A stretch of 64,000 nucleotides of DNA from Eledone cirrhosa (lineage: Eukaryota). The DNA is taken from positions 270,010,001-270,074,000 of the forward strand of contig OZ024743.1 of assembly GCA_964016885.1 (NCBI GenBank), in the 5' to 3' direction. The first letter of the stretch is position 1; the number at the start of each line of letters is the position of its first letter. The notes under the pieces are model-generated. The model saw only the letters and a list, made by a program, of their open reading frames with translations, was not told where the DNA came from and did not search any database. The position numbers were made by a program, and so were the translations under genes. Of the stretch, positions 62,416 through 64,000 are shown piece by piece.

Positions 62416-64000
62416 GGTGGTGTTGCTGTTAGTGGTGTTGGTAGTAGTGTTTGAGGTTGTGTCAATGTTAGTGGTGTTGGTAGTAGTGTTTGAGGTGGTG
62501 TTGATGTTAGTGGTGTTGGTAGTAGTGTTTGAGGTGGTGTTGATGTTAGTGGTGTTGGTAGTAGTGTTTGAGGTGGTGTTGATGTTAGTGGTGTTGGTAG
62601 TAGTGTTTGAGGTGGCGTTGATGTTAGTGGTGTTGGCAGTAGTGTTTGAGGTGGTGTTGATGTTAGCGGTGTTGGTAGTAGTGTTTGAGGTGGTGTTGAT
62701 GTTAGTGGTGTTGGTAGTAGTGTTTGAGGAGGTGTTGATGTTAGTGGTGTTGGTAGTAGTGTTTGAGATGGTGTTGATGTTAGTGGTGTTGGTAGTAGTG
62801 TTTGACGTGGTGTTGATGTTAGTGGTGTTGGTAGTAGTGTTTGAGGTGGTGTTGATGTTAGTGGTGTTGGTAGTAGTGTTTGAGGTGGTGTTGATGTTAG
62901 TGGTGTTGGTAGTAGTGTTTGAGGTGGTGTTGATGTTAGTGGTGTTGGTAGTAGTGTTTGACGTGGTGTTGATGTTAGTGGTGTTGGTAGTAGTGTTTGA
63001 CGTGGTGTTGATGTTAGTGGTGTTGGTAGTAGTGTTTGAGGTGGTGTTGATGTTAGTGGTGTTGGTAGTAGTGTTTGAGGTGGTGTTGATGTTAGTGGTG
63101 TTGGTAGTAGTGTTTGAGGTGGTGTTGATGTTAGTGGTGTTGGTAGTAGTGTTTGAGGAGGTGTTGATGTTAGTGGTGTTGGTAGTAGTGTTTGAGGTGG
63201 TGTTGATGTTAGTGGTGTTGGTAGTAGTGTTTGAGGAGGTGTTGATGTTAGTGGTGTTGGTAGTAGTGTTTGACGTGGTGTTGATGTTAGTGGTGTTGGT
63301 AGTAGTGTTTGACGTGGTGTTGATGTTAGTGGTGTTGGTAGTAGTGTTTGAGGTGGTGTTGATGTTAGTGTTTGAGGTGGTGTTGATGTTAGTGGTGTTG
63401 GTAGTAGTGTTTGAGGTGGTGTTGATGTTAGTGGTGTTGGTAGTACTGTTTGAGGTGGTGTTGATGTTAGTGGTGTTGGTAGTAGTGTTTGACGTGGTGT
63501 TGATGTTAGTGGTGTTGGTAGTAGTGTTTGAGGTGGTGTTGATGTTAGTGGTGTTGGTAGTAGTGTTTGAGGTGGTGTTGATGTTAGTGGTGTTGGTAGT
63601 AGTGTTTGAGGTGGTGTTGATGTTAGTGGTGTTGGTAGTAGTGTTTGAGGTGGTGTTGATGTTAGTGGTGTTGGTAGTACTGTTTGAGGAGGTGTTGATG
63701 TTAGTGGTGTTGGTAGTAGTGTTTGACGTGGTGTTGATGTTAGTGGTGTTGGTAGTAGTGTTTGAGGTGGTGTTGATGTTAGTGGTGTTGGTAGTAGTGT
63801 TTGAGGTGGTGTTGATGTTAGTGGTGTTGGTAGTAGTGTTTGAGGTGGTGTTGATGTTAGTGGTGTTGGTAGTAGTGTTTGAGGTGGTGTTGATGCTAGT
63901 GGTGTTGGTAGTAGTGTTTGAGGTGGTGTTGATGTTAGTGGTGTTGGTAGTAGTGTTTGAGGTGGTGTTGATGTTAGCGGTGTTGGTAGTAGTGTTTGAG

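Larger units (their letters stand above)
1..64000. repeat. 39-bp tandem satellite array, about 1,640 monomers, single orientation, extends past both window edges
   Basis: The monomer GTTTGAGGTGGTGTTGATGTTAGTGGTGTTGGTAGTAGT recurs continuously from base 1 to 64000, mostly with 0-2 substitutions per copy. All translated ORFs have a 13-aa period. No non-repeat segment was seen. Confidence 0.99.

Noticed and set aside
25817-62465. Listed minus-strand Thr/Asn and Pro/Thr ORFs as annotated CDS
   Set aside because: Their starts come from sporadic point variants (ttcatg, gacat). They have no signal peptide or non-repeat domain, and they change frame at amplified deletions.
1-64000. CRISPR array
   Set aside because: The monomers abut directly, with no unique spacers, leader or cas genes.
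1-64000. Telomerase-synthesised repeat (TTAGTGG resembles TTAGG/TTAGGG)
   Set aside because: No canonical short telomeric unit is tandemly repeated. Point variants are copied in kb-scale blocks, which indicates DNA-level duplication rather than copying from one RNA template.
1-64000. Whole array as a sequencing artefact, or as bisulfite-converted DNA (C-depleted strand with residual CpG)
   Set aside because: Variants are hierarchical and shared among dispersed blocks, and non-CpG cytosines (gctg, gcag, gctt, ttca) are reproducibly present. Individual duplications could still be mis-assembled.
1-64000. Hairpins, terminators, tRNA/rRNA or transposon ends
   Set aside because: The near absence of C and scarcity of A on one strand preclude stable Watson-Crick stems. 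No inverted segment or recognisable motif was seen.

Overview
The whole 64-kb window is one uninterrupted, head-to-tail tandem array of a 39-bp monomer (+ strand consensus GTTTGAGGTGGTGTTGATGTTAGTGGTGTTGGTAGTAGT; about 1,640 copies, estimated from 64000/39). It is open at both edges and contains no unique sequence, inversion or insertion. The consensus has 17 G, 17 T, 5 A and no C on the + strand, and is built from degenerate xTx triplets arranged as 15+15+9 bp. Three of the six frames are stop-free in the consensus (+ VFEVVLMLVVLVV; - TTNINTTSNTTTN; - LLPTPLTSTPPQT), which accounts for the entire ORF track. Roughly 50 amplified 1-2 bp deletions and amplified stop variants argue against a functional gene. 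I found no gene, RNA gene, mobile element, CRISPR array or enzymatic system. The real information is the array's history: nested near-identical duplications (offsets 1521, 1894, 5254, 3450, 1515 and 3181 bp), marker variants shared by the two flanks but absent from the centre, a traceable 39>38>37-bp monomer lineage, and variant pairs suggestive of CpG decay. The best interpretation is eukaryotic satellite DNA (inference); the organism cannot be identified. Block boundaries were read by eye and are approximate to about one or two monomers.
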